Shown: in pieces, positions 27,384-41,435 of the stretch
How the letters are laid out: each line of letters starts with the position of its first letter
How positions within the stretch are numbered: the first letter of the stretch is position 1
Assembly: GCA_964016885.1 (NCBI GenBank)
Contig: CAXHJY010001545.1
Location: forward strand, 1-64,000
Reading direction: 5' to 3'
From: Eledone cirrhosa
Taxonomy: Eukaryota
DNA: 64,000 bases
Program-made: the position numbers and the translations under genes
Notes under the pieces: model-generated
Databases searched by the model: none
Told to the model about the DNA's origin: nothing
The model's input: only the letters and a program-made list of their open reading frames with translations

Positions 27384-28349
27384 CACTCCCAATAGGTGAA
27401 ACGAAGCCAGTGTGCTGTAAAAGCTGACAATCTATATTATAATAAATGTACTGGATTTTTTTGTCTGCCTGTCACAAACAATCTCTCAAAATCTTTCTAA
27501 CATTTTTATTTAGAATGTCATTGTCGTCGCTGCCACCGCCACCATCCTTATCATCTGTTCTCCCTGCTAGCAAGGGTCAAACAGTCTGTAACAAACCAAA
27601 TCAGTACTTAATTCATGCCACTGACCTCTCAGACAGGCCAGGAGTCACATCATGCTTATATACAATTCCACACTCAACAGAGTGTATTGAGTACATTTAT
27701 TTCAGTTGTGTCAAAGACATGACAATCTCCCTAGTGTTGGTGCCATGTAAAATGTACCCAGTACAATCTGTAGAATGCAGAAATATATGTAAGCAGGATG
27801 TGACTTGGTCTGTGATGACCTATCCAACCCTTGCAAGCAGAGATAATGATGATGATGACAATGCCTTTGTTTAGAGATTTTATGACACAGGTAAAATGGT
27901 TCCAAGCAAGAATAAAAACGACCTATTTTTTTTATACCAACCCACTGGAAATTGCTCCTAGTTTTATAATACCAAACTATTCATTTTATAATGTTTATAT
28001 TAATCTGAAAATATTCCATCATAATTCTATGTAAAAACCTTTGTTCAGTTATGTTCCAAACATCAAAGTTATATTACTAAATCTTTCTAAATGCTTATTT
28101 TCCAATTGTAATTCATAGGCAACATCTTGACACTCTGCTATCCAGGATCCCAGATGAGTCCACAGCATGGAATGAAGATAAGGGCAGCAGCAATGAACTT
28201 CCTCCTACACAAATGGCCAGCCAACACAGGTTGGATATAGAACATGTAGCAACAAGGGCAGTGCCCCATCATGGCCTCAGCCAGAAGGTTGGAACGGTTA
28301 AAAGAAAATGTCTTTTGTTAGAAATATAGTCAGAACAAAGTCACAGTAG

Positions 28350-28520
28350 AGGTAGACAAAGAAAGACCTGGGCAGAGGTGGTGATAGCTGCCCTCAATTC
28401 ACTGAGACTCACAGAGGAGATGATGAAGAAATGTGGCAAGTGGAGAGATGCTGTTCTGAGAAGGACCTGTCCAACCCATGCAAGTGTGGAAAAAGAGACG
28501 TAAAAACGATGATGGTCATG
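28350..28520 (+). mobile_element. Old RTE 3'-end fragment
   Basis: GR..KTWAEVV-like coding remnant, ACCCATGCAAGTGTGGAAA and a GAT tail. Confidence 0.7.
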
Positions 28521-29362
28521 AAAGGAATAATAATAATTGTTTCTAATTTAGGCATAAGGCTATCAATTAGAAAGGTGAGAAAAGTTAATTAAATCAATCC
28601 CCCCGTATTTCGTACTATATCCTACCGACTCTGGTGATATTTAAACTCAGAAAGTAAACAACTAAATCAACTGGCATAAAGTATTTTGTCTGACTCTTCA
28701 TAGAATTTATGAGATTTAAACATTACAAAAATTGTTAAAGTTTCTTACCATGTATTTTAAATGTAAAAAAAAATTTCCATGTAATAAAAATAGCTAGAAA
28801 TGGGACTGAAAGAAGTGTAATTAATGTTATAAAGTTGGGGACATTGTCCTGATTAGTTTTTGTTATTTCTATATCTAAATATAGCAAAAGAAAACAGGAT
28901 AAGGAAGAAAAAATAACAATAACATTTTGATATTTTTCAATCAAACTTCAAAGTCCAATGACTTATCAATTATTGAACATGGTCACATAAGTTAATGGAA
29001 AGAAGCTTTGATATGATAAAACTTCTATAATCTTAAGTTGTAAATCTACTTACTGTTTATTCCTTTCCTAGAAGCAGTTTACTTTAACTCTTTGTTATAT
29101 AATAAAAGACATTGTCTATGATTTCCCAATCATATTTCCAGGCCTCTTCTTTAAAATAATCAAGAATCTGAAGGGATTTTATAATATAATTAACTTTCTC
29201 ATTATTAAACTGGTGTTTAAATCATAACAGTTTGTGCCAACCCTTACCTATGGTCTTGAATCTCATGTAATGACCAAAAGAAAACGATCGTGAATACAAC
29301 TGGCTGAAATGGGGTTTCTCCAAAGGGTCTTTGGAGTAACATTACTTGTTAGAGTGTGTTCC

Positions 29363-29393
<31 letters not shown>

Positions 29394-29679
29394 ACCCACA
29401 CCACCAACTACAGGATTCGGATTCAAATTACAACTTTCTAGACATCAGGCTGACATATCTACATAGTGCAATTTATACTCCACAAGATAAACTGATTTAT
29501 TGTTTCTTTTGGTTTTTCATTTATTTTTCCAATCTTATTGTGTAAAAATCTAACTGAATGACTAAGAATGTTATTCAGGGACATGCTCTGCATGAAAACC
29601 AAATGATAAGGTCAATGCTGCTAACATATTTAACTCTTAAAACCCTGTAATGATTTAGATTTGATCTGCTAGAGAATGG

Positions 29680-30020
29680 GTCACAGGTGTTGGATAGTGA
29701 TATGGCCATCAGATATAATAGTTGCGATATAAGCAGGCAGCAACCTCGGATCAACAGTGGTAAATCACTAGGGGAGATGGAGCACTCACACTGTCACCAA
29801 CAGTTTGTTGGTCACTGTCACCAAGCCGACAAAGAAATCATTTCATCTCTCCTTCTGTGGCCTCTCAATGTGTCTATTCAAGAAAACTGACTTTCTCAGA
29901 CACCATAGCTTGGGACTGAGGGATCTGGAGACAGTAATGTAGGACCAAACAGTGTAGAAAGGGATTGTCAAGAGAGTCCTGACTGCCCACAGAGGACTCG
30001 AAGGATGATGATGATATAGC
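29680..30020 (+). mobile_element. Degenerate RTE-group LINE C-terminus (distinct family)
   Basis: FVGHCHQADKEIISSLLLWP and a downstream GL..L...M.D...W-like remnant, ending in GATGATGAT. Confidence 0.5.
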
Positions 30021-30441
30021 TATGACGAGGCAAGCAAAGGCTGCCTCTAAAAGAACCTTGTCTTTGCTGGTTTGAGATAGTACCAGATTATTGGCGCGAA
30101 TAAGATCACTAAAACTGCAATATGGTGAGAGGTATGAAAAATAAAAAATAAAAGATCATATCTAAAAATGGGTTTGATAATTCAAAAATGTATAGTATCT
30201 TTACTAATGGAAAGGTCACAGTAAAATAAAAACTTACTGTTTTACAGTAAAGACTTTAATGTTGACTGCAAATATGCAAAACTGGACATATGATAATGAT
30301 GATAGTCATAATGTTTTTATAGTTTTCAAGAATGTCTTGTTACTGTAAATGAGATGCAGGACATTAACAGTTAATAGAGTGACATAAGATGTTCTAATTA
30401 ATTAAAATATCACAACAAAAAAAGATAATTCAGTGTCTTTC

Positions 30442-30676
30442 TTACCCTTTCATCACCACATTTCTAATGAAATACACTTTATTTTAATTAATTAATGAAG
30501 AATTTTGAGGGATTTACTAAAATTATTAATTATTTCATTACTAAGTAACTTAATGAAAGGTTCTTATATAAAATTATGTTGGAAGATTTTAATTTAAATT
30601 GGAAACCTTTAAAATGGTTGGTTTTATTTCATAGAACCAGAGCTGGTTTTGGCTGGGTTGGTAATTAAAGGGTTAA
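30442..30676. mobile_element. TTAA-flanked MITE (piggyBac-like termini), degenerate
   Basis: Termini TTACCCTTT ... AAAGGGTTAA. Internal similarity (inverted) to 32524..32766 and 49560..49769. Confidence 0.6.
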
Positions 30677-30993
30677 TTAATTAATAATTAAATTAATGAT
30701 TGTTTCTCCTAACCATGAGGTGGAGTGGCTAAGTTTAATTAAAATTTCTTTACTGTGGTGATGTTTGAAAAAGAAAGAAAGAAGCAGATGAGAAAGCATA
30801 GACCTTTCTCTCCACTCTCTTTGCATGAGTAAGCCAAAGGAGAAAGGATAGGAACCCTGACTTTACAGAAGTTGACGGTTAATGAAGCATCTTTACCATC
30901 TGGTTGTAGGTACAGATAACATGGTCCTAATACATGTTTTATATATGTGGTTGACTTAAAGGAGTTGGTAAAAGATAACCAGTTGAAGAGGTT

Positions 30994-31967
30994 ATTATTG
31001 ACAGGAAACATTATATCAGTTATTGACAGGAAACATTATACCAGTTATTGACAGGAAACATTATACCAGTTATTGACAGTGAAACATACCAGTTATTGAC
31101 AGTGAAACATCAGTTATTGACAGTGAAACATATCAGTTATTGACATAATATTTCCTGTCAATAACTGATATAATGTTTCACTGTCAATAACTGATATAAT
31201 GTTTCACTGTCAATAACTGATATAATGTTTCCTGTCAATAACTGATATGTTTCACTGTCAATAACTGATATAATGTTTCACTGTCAATAACTGATATAAT
31301 ATTTCCTGTCAATAACTGATATAATGTTTCACTGTCAATAACTGATATAATGTTTCCTGTCAATAACTGATATAATGTTTCACTGTCAATAACTGATATA
31401 ATGTTTCACTGTCAATAACTGATATAATGTTTCACTGTCAATAACTGATATGTTTCACTGTCAATAACTGATATGTTTCACTGTCAATAACTGATATAAT
31501 GTTTCACTGTCAATAACTGATATAATGTTTCACAGTCAATAACTGATATAATGTTTCACAGTCAATAACTGATATAATGTTTCACTGTCAATAACTGATA
31601 TAATGTTTCACTGTCAATAACTGATATAATGTTTCACTGTCAACTGATATAATGTTTCACTGTCAATAACTGATATAATGTTTCACTGTCAATAACTGAT
31701 ATGTTTCACTGTCAATAACTGATATAATGTTTCACTGTCAATAACTGATATAATGTTTCCTGTCAATAACTGATATAATGTTTCACTGTCAATAACTGAT
31801 ATAATGTTTCACTGTCAATAACTGATATAATGTTTCACTGTCAATAACTGATATAATGTTTCACTGTCAATAACTGATATAATGTTTCACAGTCAATAAC
31901 TGATATAATGTTTCACAGTCAATAACTGATATCAGTTATTGACAGTGAAACATTATACCAGTTATTA
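30994..31967. repeat. 26-bp minisatellite that reverses orientation twice
   Basis: Unit TTTCACTGTCAATAACTGATATAATG across 31146-31931, with reverse-complement units at 30994-31145 and 31932-31967. Confidence 0.95.
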
Positions 31968-32523
31968 GCGATAACTCTATGTACACAGGAGGAGAAAACG
32001 GTGGAAAAGCTATCCTGAAAGGACTGAAGCTGAAAAGAAGACATTAGAATTAGACACAGATATTGAAGTTAAGGAAATTAACCCTTTTAATAGCAACCTG
32101 CTCAGAACTTGATATTATTCCATGAAACAATACCACCCATTTTAAAGGATTCCTATTTAAATTAAAATCTTCCAACTTAATTTTATATAAGAACCATATG
32201 TTAAGTTCCTATCTTCATAAGAGAAGATCTTAGTAAAACCTTCAATGTTTTTTAATGTCTAAAGAAAAGTAATTGTTGCAGGAATGTTGCCACTTAAAAT
32301 AAAATTTCACCAGAGATAGATTTGCAAAATTTAATAAGCAGGAGGGGGTAATCTGAAAAATTAACAAGGGGGAGGGGTCGATTATTAGAGAAAGCAGATA
32401 GTAAAAACAGAGTGTAAACAGTGCCTGTACATACAGACAAATTAGAGCAAACCATACAGTGAAAGAGATGGTTAACGTATATCTCACTACATTAAGACGA
32501 CTCAGTAAATATTATAGAACTGT

Positions 32524-32766
32524 TTAACCCTTTTGATAGGAAACTGGCTGAAATCACCCCCACTACTACAATAAGTGTATTTGTTTTAACATATTTATAA
32601 TTATCTGAAAACCTTCCATCATAATTTTATAAAACATTTGTTAAGTAATGTTCCAAATATCAACTTAATGAGAAAGTTGGTTATATTAGTAAATCCCTCC
32701 AAATACTTGATTATTTTCAAAATAATTTGGAAGTGAAAGGTAGTGTCTTTCATTAGAAAGGGTTAA
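32524..32766. mobile_element. TTAA-flanked MITE (piggyBac-like termini)
   Basis: TTAA-CCCTTTTGAT ... ATTAGAAAGGG-TTAA. Confidence 0.7.
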
Positions 32767-34574
32767 GTATGAAGAGTTTGGAATAGAAACATAGTTTGAA
32801 GATTAGAAACTGAAAGTTGCAGTAAGTGCAACAGAACATATAAGATGCATCAAATGCACAAAAACTAAAAAAAAAGAAAAAAAGAAAGAAGCTACACCAG
32901 GATTAGCCAAAATATTATAACAAATAAAAAAATAACTTTGAGAGACAGCAGCTTATAGTAAAATCATAATGGTTTCTAATTTTGGCACAAGGCCATTAAT
33001 TTTAGGGGGAAGGGAAAGCTGATTATATCAATCACAGTACTCTTGGGTCTCAAACAATGCCCCCCCCCCCCCCCTCTTATTTCCCCTATATTACCTTTTA
33101 CTAATCTATCTCTGGTGAAATTTTATAGCAGCATTCCTGCAACAATCAATTTGTTTTATAGATTAAAAAACATTACACATGACAAAAAAAGTACATTACT
33201 AGAAATCCCATGGGTTGGGGTTTCAATATGTAAACTAAATGACTAATTCTGACCCCCCCCCCCACTTATTTCAACTCCTTTGCTTATTCCAGCCCCCCCC
33301 CCCCCCTCCCCCTATTATTTAGGACCTGAGAGTATCTGTTTTCTCTGTTAATTCTGAAGTATTGACCCTGTTTCACTTCATTACACCCTTGGTGCACCCA
33401 GATTTTGCCAAGACCAGACCTCCACCCCCTTTTATGTAATTCTTTACATCTTGGCATAGTTTGCCTCAGACTTTTATGAGGCAGTATTCTATGGTTGGAT
33501 GCCCTTCCAAATGCCAATGCATACTTTTACTGCCACATATTCCTGAGGGTCATGGGAGCAGAGTACTCAAACATTACTTAGAGTGGGTCATGTCAGAAGA
33601 AATCATTTCCAACTGATTTGGACAATTATTTATGGATGTCTCTCTGCTGGAGACTGTACATAAGCACAAAGGTCTCTGGCTGGAAGAAGGTATTCATAAT
33701 AGAGAGTCCACAGCTAGAACAGAATTCTAATAAGGCCTCTCCATTTGTATTTAGATCAGGATCACCATTACTCCAATCATTCTTTCTAATGTCAGGTGGT
33801 CAACCCACGCATAATTTTAAAATTTGGTACTTATTCTACTGAGTAGAATATAAGGAGGTCAAAGAACAATTCTATCGAAGTTGAGAATCTCAGGGATCAA
33901 AGTTGAGACTAAGGGATTCCTGATCACTCCACAAAAACTATCAACATTAAAATGTAGAATATGTGGAAGTTGGAACTAAAATATAGATCGCCATCATCAT
34001 TAATATCAACATTACAATGAAGTAGATCATCATCATCATCATCCTTTTGTGTCTGCTTTCCATGCTGGCATGGGTTGGACATCATCATTTTAACGTCTGC
34101 TTTCCCTGCTGGCAAGAGTCAGACAGGTTCATACAGACCAAGTCAATATTGAAACAGAATCACTGATCTCCAAGGCAGGCCAGAGACCTGTGTGCTTATG
34201 TACAGTCTCACGTTCCATTGAGTGCTCAGGAAAGGTTGTCATGCCTTTGACACAACTGAGGATTGTCCCAAATAAATGTCTGAGGGCATAAGACGTCTAC
34301 CTGGATAGTATACTGGTCTACCACAAGGTAACCTAAAGTTGCTGCCAATATTCGTATTTTCGGCTGAGTAGATTAAAGCAATGTGAAATGAGGTACCTTA
34401 ATTAAAGATAAAATACGTTACTTGGTCTTATGAAAATTATCAAATTTATTAGTAACATTAAAAAGAAAAAATATTACTATTATTATCTGGTATAATTCTT
34501 GAAGTATATTAGGCACATAAAATGGGAAAATGAATAATCAAAGACCTCTCTGGTTATAGCTAACCCATGAAAAC

Positions 34575-34800
34575 CTAGTGAAGGTCAATGGTCCAATGGT
34601 TAGCATACTGGTTTCATAATTGTAAGGCTGTGGGTTTGACTCCCCGGACTAGTCAGTTCACTGTGTCCTTGAACAAGAATCTTTGTCTCATGTGGCTTAG
34701 TCCACTCAGCTGTAAGGGGGTAGCAGCAGCTGGAAGGGGACAAGGCTTTAATCTTTTGATGGACTGGTCTCCTGTCCAAGAGGGTCTTTTGTGATTGCTG
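34575..34800 (+). mobile_element. Diverged CORE-type tRNA SINE
   Basis: A-box TGGTCCAATGG, B-box-like GGTTTGACTCC, CORE-like GTGTCCTTGAACAAG. Confidence 0.6.
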
Positions 34801-34976
34801 TAGCTTAACCCTTTCGTTACCATATTCCTAATGAAAAACACTGCTTTACCACAAAAGCAAAAGATTTATTTTGTACTTTTTTAATTATCTTGCGATATTT
34901 TACCAGAAATTAAAATGGCTCTGGAAAACTGTGTAAGAAATGGTATGATAACAAATCAATATATTGATGGTCTAAA

Positions 34977-35362
34977 GCCTAGGTTCTCAACCCTTTTTGC
35001 TCCATGCCTCCCCAAGACGTCCTGATTTTTCAAGGCACTTGTACATAATATGCACTGGCTTTTATATAGTTGAAGAGAACATTGAAACGTATCAATTGAA
35101 CTGTAAAATTAAAGTGACAAACGAGTCCAGTGGTCATCAAACTTAATGTGATGGTTGACTTTGATGTTTGGATGCAAGCTTCGCTATATCCGGATTTAGT
35201 TTTGTTAACCGCTTATGCAAATCTCCGTGATTTTCAATTTCAGGGTGATTTCTCTTTTTCATTTAGAGATCATTGGCTACGCTGAAACCACTCTCAACCA
35301 GGAATGTAGTTGGAAAGGGAAGAAAGAACTTTACAGCTCTTGTGCACAAAATAGGATACTCT
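34977..35362 (-). mobile_element. hAT (Charlie/Buster) DNA transposon 3' remnant
   Basis: Minus-strand translation KYPILCTRAVKFFLPFPTTFLVESGFSVANDL*MKKRNHPEIENHGDLHKRLTKLNPDIAKLASKHQSQPSH* is the hAT C-terminal dimerisation region. TIR-like GGTTCTCAACC at ~34982. Confidence 0.85.
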
Positions 35363-35922
35363 TATTTTAATTTAAACCATAAGATAAATGTATTTTAAAT
35401 ACCAAAGAGTAAAAGAAAATTCAACGAAATAATCCACACTGACAGACAGCCAGAATTAAACAATTAGTAGATCATAAGGGACATTTCAGCACTTTCTATG
35501 CTCGTGTTTTAGTTCTAATGTGATTCTAGAATGTGCATTAAATCCCTGGTAGACTGCGGGGATTTAGTGCGCCAGAGAATATAAACATTTAACAATTATG
35601 TATGTGGATTTCCATTCGAAGTAGAATTTTTAAAAAGTTCCACTACTTGACCATATATTTGTATTTGTTTTATTTTTTGTCTGTTCTAATGCAGGAGCAA
35701 GCTAAAAAAGGGGGATGTATTATATTTTTATATAATTAAGGTTTCTTGAAAGCAGCCTTAATACATTACAAGTCAGGCCTTTCAACATGAAAAGGTTCCT
35801 TCTTGTCTAAGATTTTGAAATTTCATCTCATCATCATTTCATTTCACGTCCGCTTTTCCCTGCTTGCAAGGGTGGGGACTCATTTGTTATAATTGTTTTA
35901 TCAACAGAAAGTTGAAATATTG

Positions 35923-36891
35923 ATGTGATATAACATCCAGTTTATTAATTACACTGTCTAGTCTAACACATTGACACCAATGTGATATAACATCCAGTTT
36001 ATTAATTACACTGTCTAGTCTAACACATTGACACCAATGTGATATAACATCCAGTTTATTAATTACACTGTCTAGTCTAACACATTGACACCAATGTGAT
36101 ATAACATCCAGTTTATTAATTACACTGTCTAGTCTAACACATTGACACCAATGTGATATAGCATCCAGTTTATTAATTACACTGTCTAGTCTAACACATT
36201 AACACCAATGTGATATAACATCCAGTTTATTAATTACACTGTCTAGTCTAACACATTGACACCAATGTGATATAGCATCCAGTTTATTAATTACACTGTC
36301 TAGTCTAACACATTGACACCAATGTGATATAACATCCAGTTTATTAATTACACTGTCTAGTCTAACACATTGACACCAATGTGATATAGCATCCAGTTTA
36401 TTAATTACACTGTCTAGTCTAACACATTGACACCAATGTGATATAGCATCCAGTTTATTAATTACACTGTCTAGTCTAACACATTGACACCAATGTGATA
36501 TAGCATCCAGTTTATTAATTACACTGTCTAGTCTAACACATTAACACCAATGTGATATAACATCCAGTTTATTAATTACACTGTCTAGTCTAACACATTG
36601 ACACCAATGTGATATAGCATCCAGTTTATTAATTACACTGTCTAGTCTAACACATTGACACCAATGTTATATAGCATCCAGTTTATTAATTACACTGTCT
36701 AGTCTAACACATTGACACCAATGTGATATAGCATCCAGTTTATTAATTACACTGTCTAGTCTAATACATTGACACCAATGTTATATAGCATCCAGTTTAT
36801 TAATTACACTGTCTAGTCTAACACATTGACACCAATGTGATATAACATCCAGTTTATTAATTATACTGCCTAGTCTAACACATTGACACCA
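35923..36891. repeat. 57-bp minisatellite, 17 copies
   Basis: Unit ATGTGATATA(A/G)CATCCAGTTTATTAATTACACTGTCTAGTCTAACACATTGACACCA; 10 units = 570 bp. Confidence 0.97.
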
Positions 36892-37049
36892 AACAATCTA
36901 TCAAGCTAATCTATAATCAATATTTTCCCAATTGGTTCTACAATTTCAGACCTTCACAGATTATTATAGACTTTATTGATTCCTTAGATGTTATCTTAAA
37001 GTATTTTAAATCAATTAAACTCAGGTTCGATTTGTTGAACTCTTTTAGC

Positions 37050-37535
37050 ATAACAACTAGAATAAGGATAGGATGGAAGAAGATTAGAGTGGTACTCCTA
37101 TTGTTGACCACAAAAGGACCACTGTATGATGCCTGTGTGTTAAGTGTGATGGTAGTGAAACATGGGCTGTGACTACAGAGGACATACATAGACTGGAGAG
37201 AAATTAAGCAACCATGCTCTGTTGGATGAGCAATGTAAATGTGAGAGAAAGGCAGAGCTTGGATGCATTGAGGGAGAAGCTGGGTTTAAGAGGAATCCGA
37301 GGTGGTGTGCAGGAGAGGAGACAAGACTACATTGGTATGGACATGTGATGCATATGGACAATATTGTTGGGTGAAAATGTGCCAGAAAATGCCAGTGGAA
37401 GGAAGCAGCAGTAGAGGTAGACCTAGAAAGACCTGGGCAGAGGTGATGAGAGCTGACCTCAAATCACTGAGATTCACAGAAAAAAATGACAAAGGAAGAG
37501 AGATGCTGTGCTGAGAAGGACTTGTCCAACCCATT
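37050..37535 (+). mobile_element. Old RTE 3' coding fragment
   Basis: Degenerate RIRIGWKK...LYDACV...ETWAV...RLHWYGHV...GRPRKTWAEV. Confidence 0.8.
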
Positions 37536-38569
37536 TATTTAGAACAATTTAGTAATATATCTAACTTTCTCATTATTAAAATAGTGTTTGGAACATAACT
37601 AAGGATAATATAAACACTATAAAACAGATTTGTATTGTAGAACCAGGGGCAGTTGTAGGCAGGTTAGTACCAGAAGGGTTAAAAGCAGAACACGTTGAGG
37701 TGATTCGAGTGAATTGGACAGTTTGAAATTGTCTATTAAGTAGTTGATGATGATAATGATGACTACATTCGTCTCTTCCCCTTTCAACTGTCCACACCAT
37801 AATACACTTCATGCAGTTGTTTTTTTTACTCTCATTGGACACATCCTGTATTAGATACTTTTCTCAATACTTTCTTCTTAGAACCAATGTCTATACTTCT
37901 TTTTATATATTTTTTCACATGAAAATATGTGGAAAACCAGTATGCAACTTAATGACTGGGCTAACAAAACCTCAATTAAAAATATATGATACATTGTAAA
38001 TATATGTAAAATGGAGGTGCTAATTATTCACAAGTTTCATCGTTATCATCATCATTGTTGTTTTAACATCTGCTTTCCCTGCTAGCAAGGGTTGGACAGG
38101 TCCATATAGACCAAGTCCATACTGAAGCAGAGCTACTGATCTCCCAAGCAAACCAGAGACCTGTGCCACACTTATGTATGGTCTCACATTCCATTGAGTG
38201 CTCAAGAGAGGTTATGCCTTTGACACAACTGGAGGTCTCACCCAACTCTTTGTTTGACAAGATTTCTATGGCTGGGTGCCTTTCCTATATACTGGGTATG
38301 TTTATCGTGTAAATCACTAATATTAGGTAGGTTGTCATGTCCTTGACAGGAAGATATTTTTCCAGAACTAGCCTTCAACCATCTCTTTCTTGAACCCATA
38401 GACATGCAACAATTTAAATGAAACATTACTCAATTTAATTATATTAAGTCATTTCTAGACTTTTTAGACATGTAAATAGAATAAATATAATGAGGTGATA
38501 TTTGGGAATGTATTTAAGAGTTATTCAGTTATAAGTTGAAATATTTTAAAATAATTTTTGTATTTAATT

Positions 38570-38990
38570 TGTCACCTTGGCCACAAATCCTGGTACCACA
38601 GCTTGACAGGAAGACAAGCAAATACCAGAGCTTGTCTGGCCCCTTCCTCTTTGTACTGGTCACCGTCAAGACCCCAGGTGTCCTCAGACTCCAGACAGCT
38701 GACCTCCTCTATAAAATCGGATCAAGAGCAGCCTGTCTGAGGGAGGAGTCCCATGAGGTGGGGGTGGCAGTTGTAGCAGGTGTTGTTTGCCATTGTCCGC
38801 GGAAATGCCTTTGCCATTTTGTTCACGGGATGCAGCCGAAACATCACACTGATCTAGGTGTAGAGTCTGTTACCTTCTCCCCCTTTCTTTCTTCCTTTGT
38901 CTAGTAGTCCTTGCTCTTCCCCTCCTTTTGCTTACAATTATGGCATTTATAGTCCTTTCCACTACTGCTCTCTTTTTCTGTATGTTTATA
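38570..38990 (-). pseudogene. Possible decayed gag-like fragment with two zinc-knuckle remnants
   Basis: GC-richer island. The minus frame reads YKCHNCKQKEGKSKDY*...V*CFGC....QRHFRGQW, with several stop codons. Confidence 0.35.
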
Positions 38991-39604
38991 TAACTCTACT
39001 ACAAAATAAAACAGTCCCCCATTTTGCAAGATTCTCAATGAGAACTTAAATGTTAAAAGAGGTTTTGTTGTACTTTGAGAGATGATATGACTAATAAAAC
39101 ACATTGGTTGTATTGCACTTTGGTTTAATTAGCTAATTAAATAAATTAACCAACTTATTAATTAGTTTGTCATAAATCTTTCATCAGAGCCTGCTCTCTG
39201 TCTGAGAGACAGAGAACAAGAAATAAGTGATGATAAGGAGGAGATTCATGGAGGGTACAGAGTAATTGATAAGGTTACAGGTTGTGAAGAAAGAACTATG
39301 ACAAATCAATCAATAAATTTATTAATCAACTAATTATCTACTTGATAATGATGGATCCTACATTGGTTTCAGTAATGAGAATTCAGTTGTTTGATCAACT
39401 GACAATCCAACTCATATAGAGATAGATTAGCAAAATTTAATAAGCAAGGGAGGGACGAGCATGAAAAAACCTGAAAAAAAATAAGGGGGGGGGGGGGGTA
39501 GACGATTATTCAAAACCTGAGAGTATTTCCCAAAGTACAATTTAAACTTATTAAGAAAGGATATTAAAATTACTTGTACTATTACTGATTATATTTATAC
39601 TTAC

Positions 39605-39713
39605 TTTTTTTTCTGAAAGATTTAAGGCTCTTGTATGCAGTTGCCTTGCATATGATTTAGACCAATCTATTGGAAGTAAGTTACCAAAGTTTCCTGTAAT
39701 TGTCCACCACATT
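39605..39713 (-). CDS. unc-76: FEZ/UNC-76 family internal coding exon (109 bp; 1 nt carried over + 36 codons)
   Basis: Minus strand: ctgttatag | A + MWWTITGNFGNLLPIDWSKSYARQLHTRALNLSEKK | gtaagt. This is the hallmark UNC-76 motif WWT.TGNFGN.LPIDWSKSY. It ends in phase 0, compatible with exon 16746..16898. Confidence 0.95.
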
Positions 39714-39900
39714 CTATAACAGAAACAACAACATTAACAAACAATTTACAAAGATTGATATATATATATATATATATTCCCTGATGAAACCCTAATTAGG
39801 GTAACAAATCAATTAAGAATATTCATATTTTTTTCAATTTACAAAGAAATATGTAAATTTGAATGTTTACATACATTTATATGGGGGGGGGGGGGGGTGC

Positions 39901-39939
<39 letters not shown>

Positions 39940-40654
39940 AATTATTGTGTACAGTGCTCAGGTGCACTACAACAAAGATTGCAACCTAATAACAGCCCTA
40001 GCAGAAATTGAACCCTAAATCAAGTTCTCAGCAATTCCACATATCCTACCACTACACCATATGTATGTGAGTTAGTATAAGGTCCCCCTCACTTCCCCTT
40101 CCAAACCAACAACAACAAGATACATCTCTCTCAACAAAAATTCCAACACTAACTTTAATCACATTTTTTTCATTGCTGTCATTTTCTTTTTATCAAAAGA
40201 CATGTATCTCATTAACCCTTTCCCCCAGACACACCCAAATTCATCTTTTACTTACTTACATAATAAAGAAAGTTGTTGAAGTGTTTCTTTATAAATTTAA
40301 GATAGTTCATTCAGTTATAAGAAAAGAACTTGAAAAGCATTTGGCCATTATATTTCGATAGTATTTTAGTCACTAAAGTTCATCTATGAAATGGAATCAG
40401 TGGGAGGGTACTTTTACTACCCCTTTCTAAAACATTAAACACCCATCAACAATATCTCTAGAGAACAAATCTGACCATTACACCCAGCTCCATCACCCCA
40501 ACACCTCCCAACTCCACTCTCAATCAATCATCTTGCTTTTACTATTTACTATTTTCTTTCATCTTTTTGTATAAATATATATTTTTAATTTCTTTAAATC
40601 TTCATCAACACTCCTTCAGTTCCATCCTCAATATATATGAGATTTCAAATATAT

Positions 40655-41435
40655 AGGAGATTGCATTGGTATGGACATGTGATGCATATGAAGGATGACA
40701 GCTGCATAAAAAAGTGCAGAGCGCTCAAAGTCGATGGAAGCCTTGGAGTGGAAGACTTGGGATGATGTGATAAAAGCTGACCTTGCCCAATTGCATTTTT
40801 CAAAGGCAACAACACATGACTAGGATCTCTGGCGATATGCAGTAATACAGAAGACAACTTCCCACGAGCACAAACTGAAGCATATATACAGTAAGCCCCA
40901 CCCTCCCATACACCCCAGGCCAAAGTAAATGCATCCTGTAAAGCCCCCAGCCCACACTGTAAAGTGGTCATGCAGGTGTCATGACAAAAAGCACCCAGTA
41001 CTCACTGTAAATTGAAGTTGATGTTGGGAAGGCATCCAGCTACAGAAACTAAGCCAGAACCAGACCAGTATGAACATGGTCACCTGACCTAGGATTGCCC
41101 ACAACAGGACAATCCCACCTAACCCATGCTAGCGTGGAAAATGGAAGTAAAGATAGGGGTGATGATATGTGCGCATATACACACATATCTATATATAGAC
41201 CATGTGTGTATATATGTATATAACATCCAGCCCACACTGTAAAGTGGACGTGTAAAAGACAGCAAAAAGCACCCAGCACACACTGTCAATGTGGTTGGCA
41301 TTAGGAAGGGCATCCAGCTGTAGAAAACCAGCCAGAAACACTCCTATATGAGTGAGACATGGTCACCCGACCCAACTTGCCTCTAAATGGGAGACAAACC
41401 ATGAGGTAGCGTGGGAGAAAGACATTAATTGATGA
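40655..41435 (+). mobile_element. RTE subfamily-A-like 3' end with UTR, followed by a second UTR/SINE-tail copy
   Basis: RLHWYGHVMHMKDDSCIKKCRAL remnant, a UTR similar to 153-455, and GAT tails at ~41160 and ~41432. Confidence 0.8.

Noticed and set aside
16929-36891. Regular arrays that could be mistaken for CRISPR
   Set aside because: No unique spacers, no cas genes, and a eukaryotic intron context. They are minisatellites.
39775-39820. CTGATGA-aaccc-taatt-agggt hammerhead-like start (similarly ~49880-49915 on the minus strand)
   Set aside because: The GAAA core is missing or mutated; too decayed to call.
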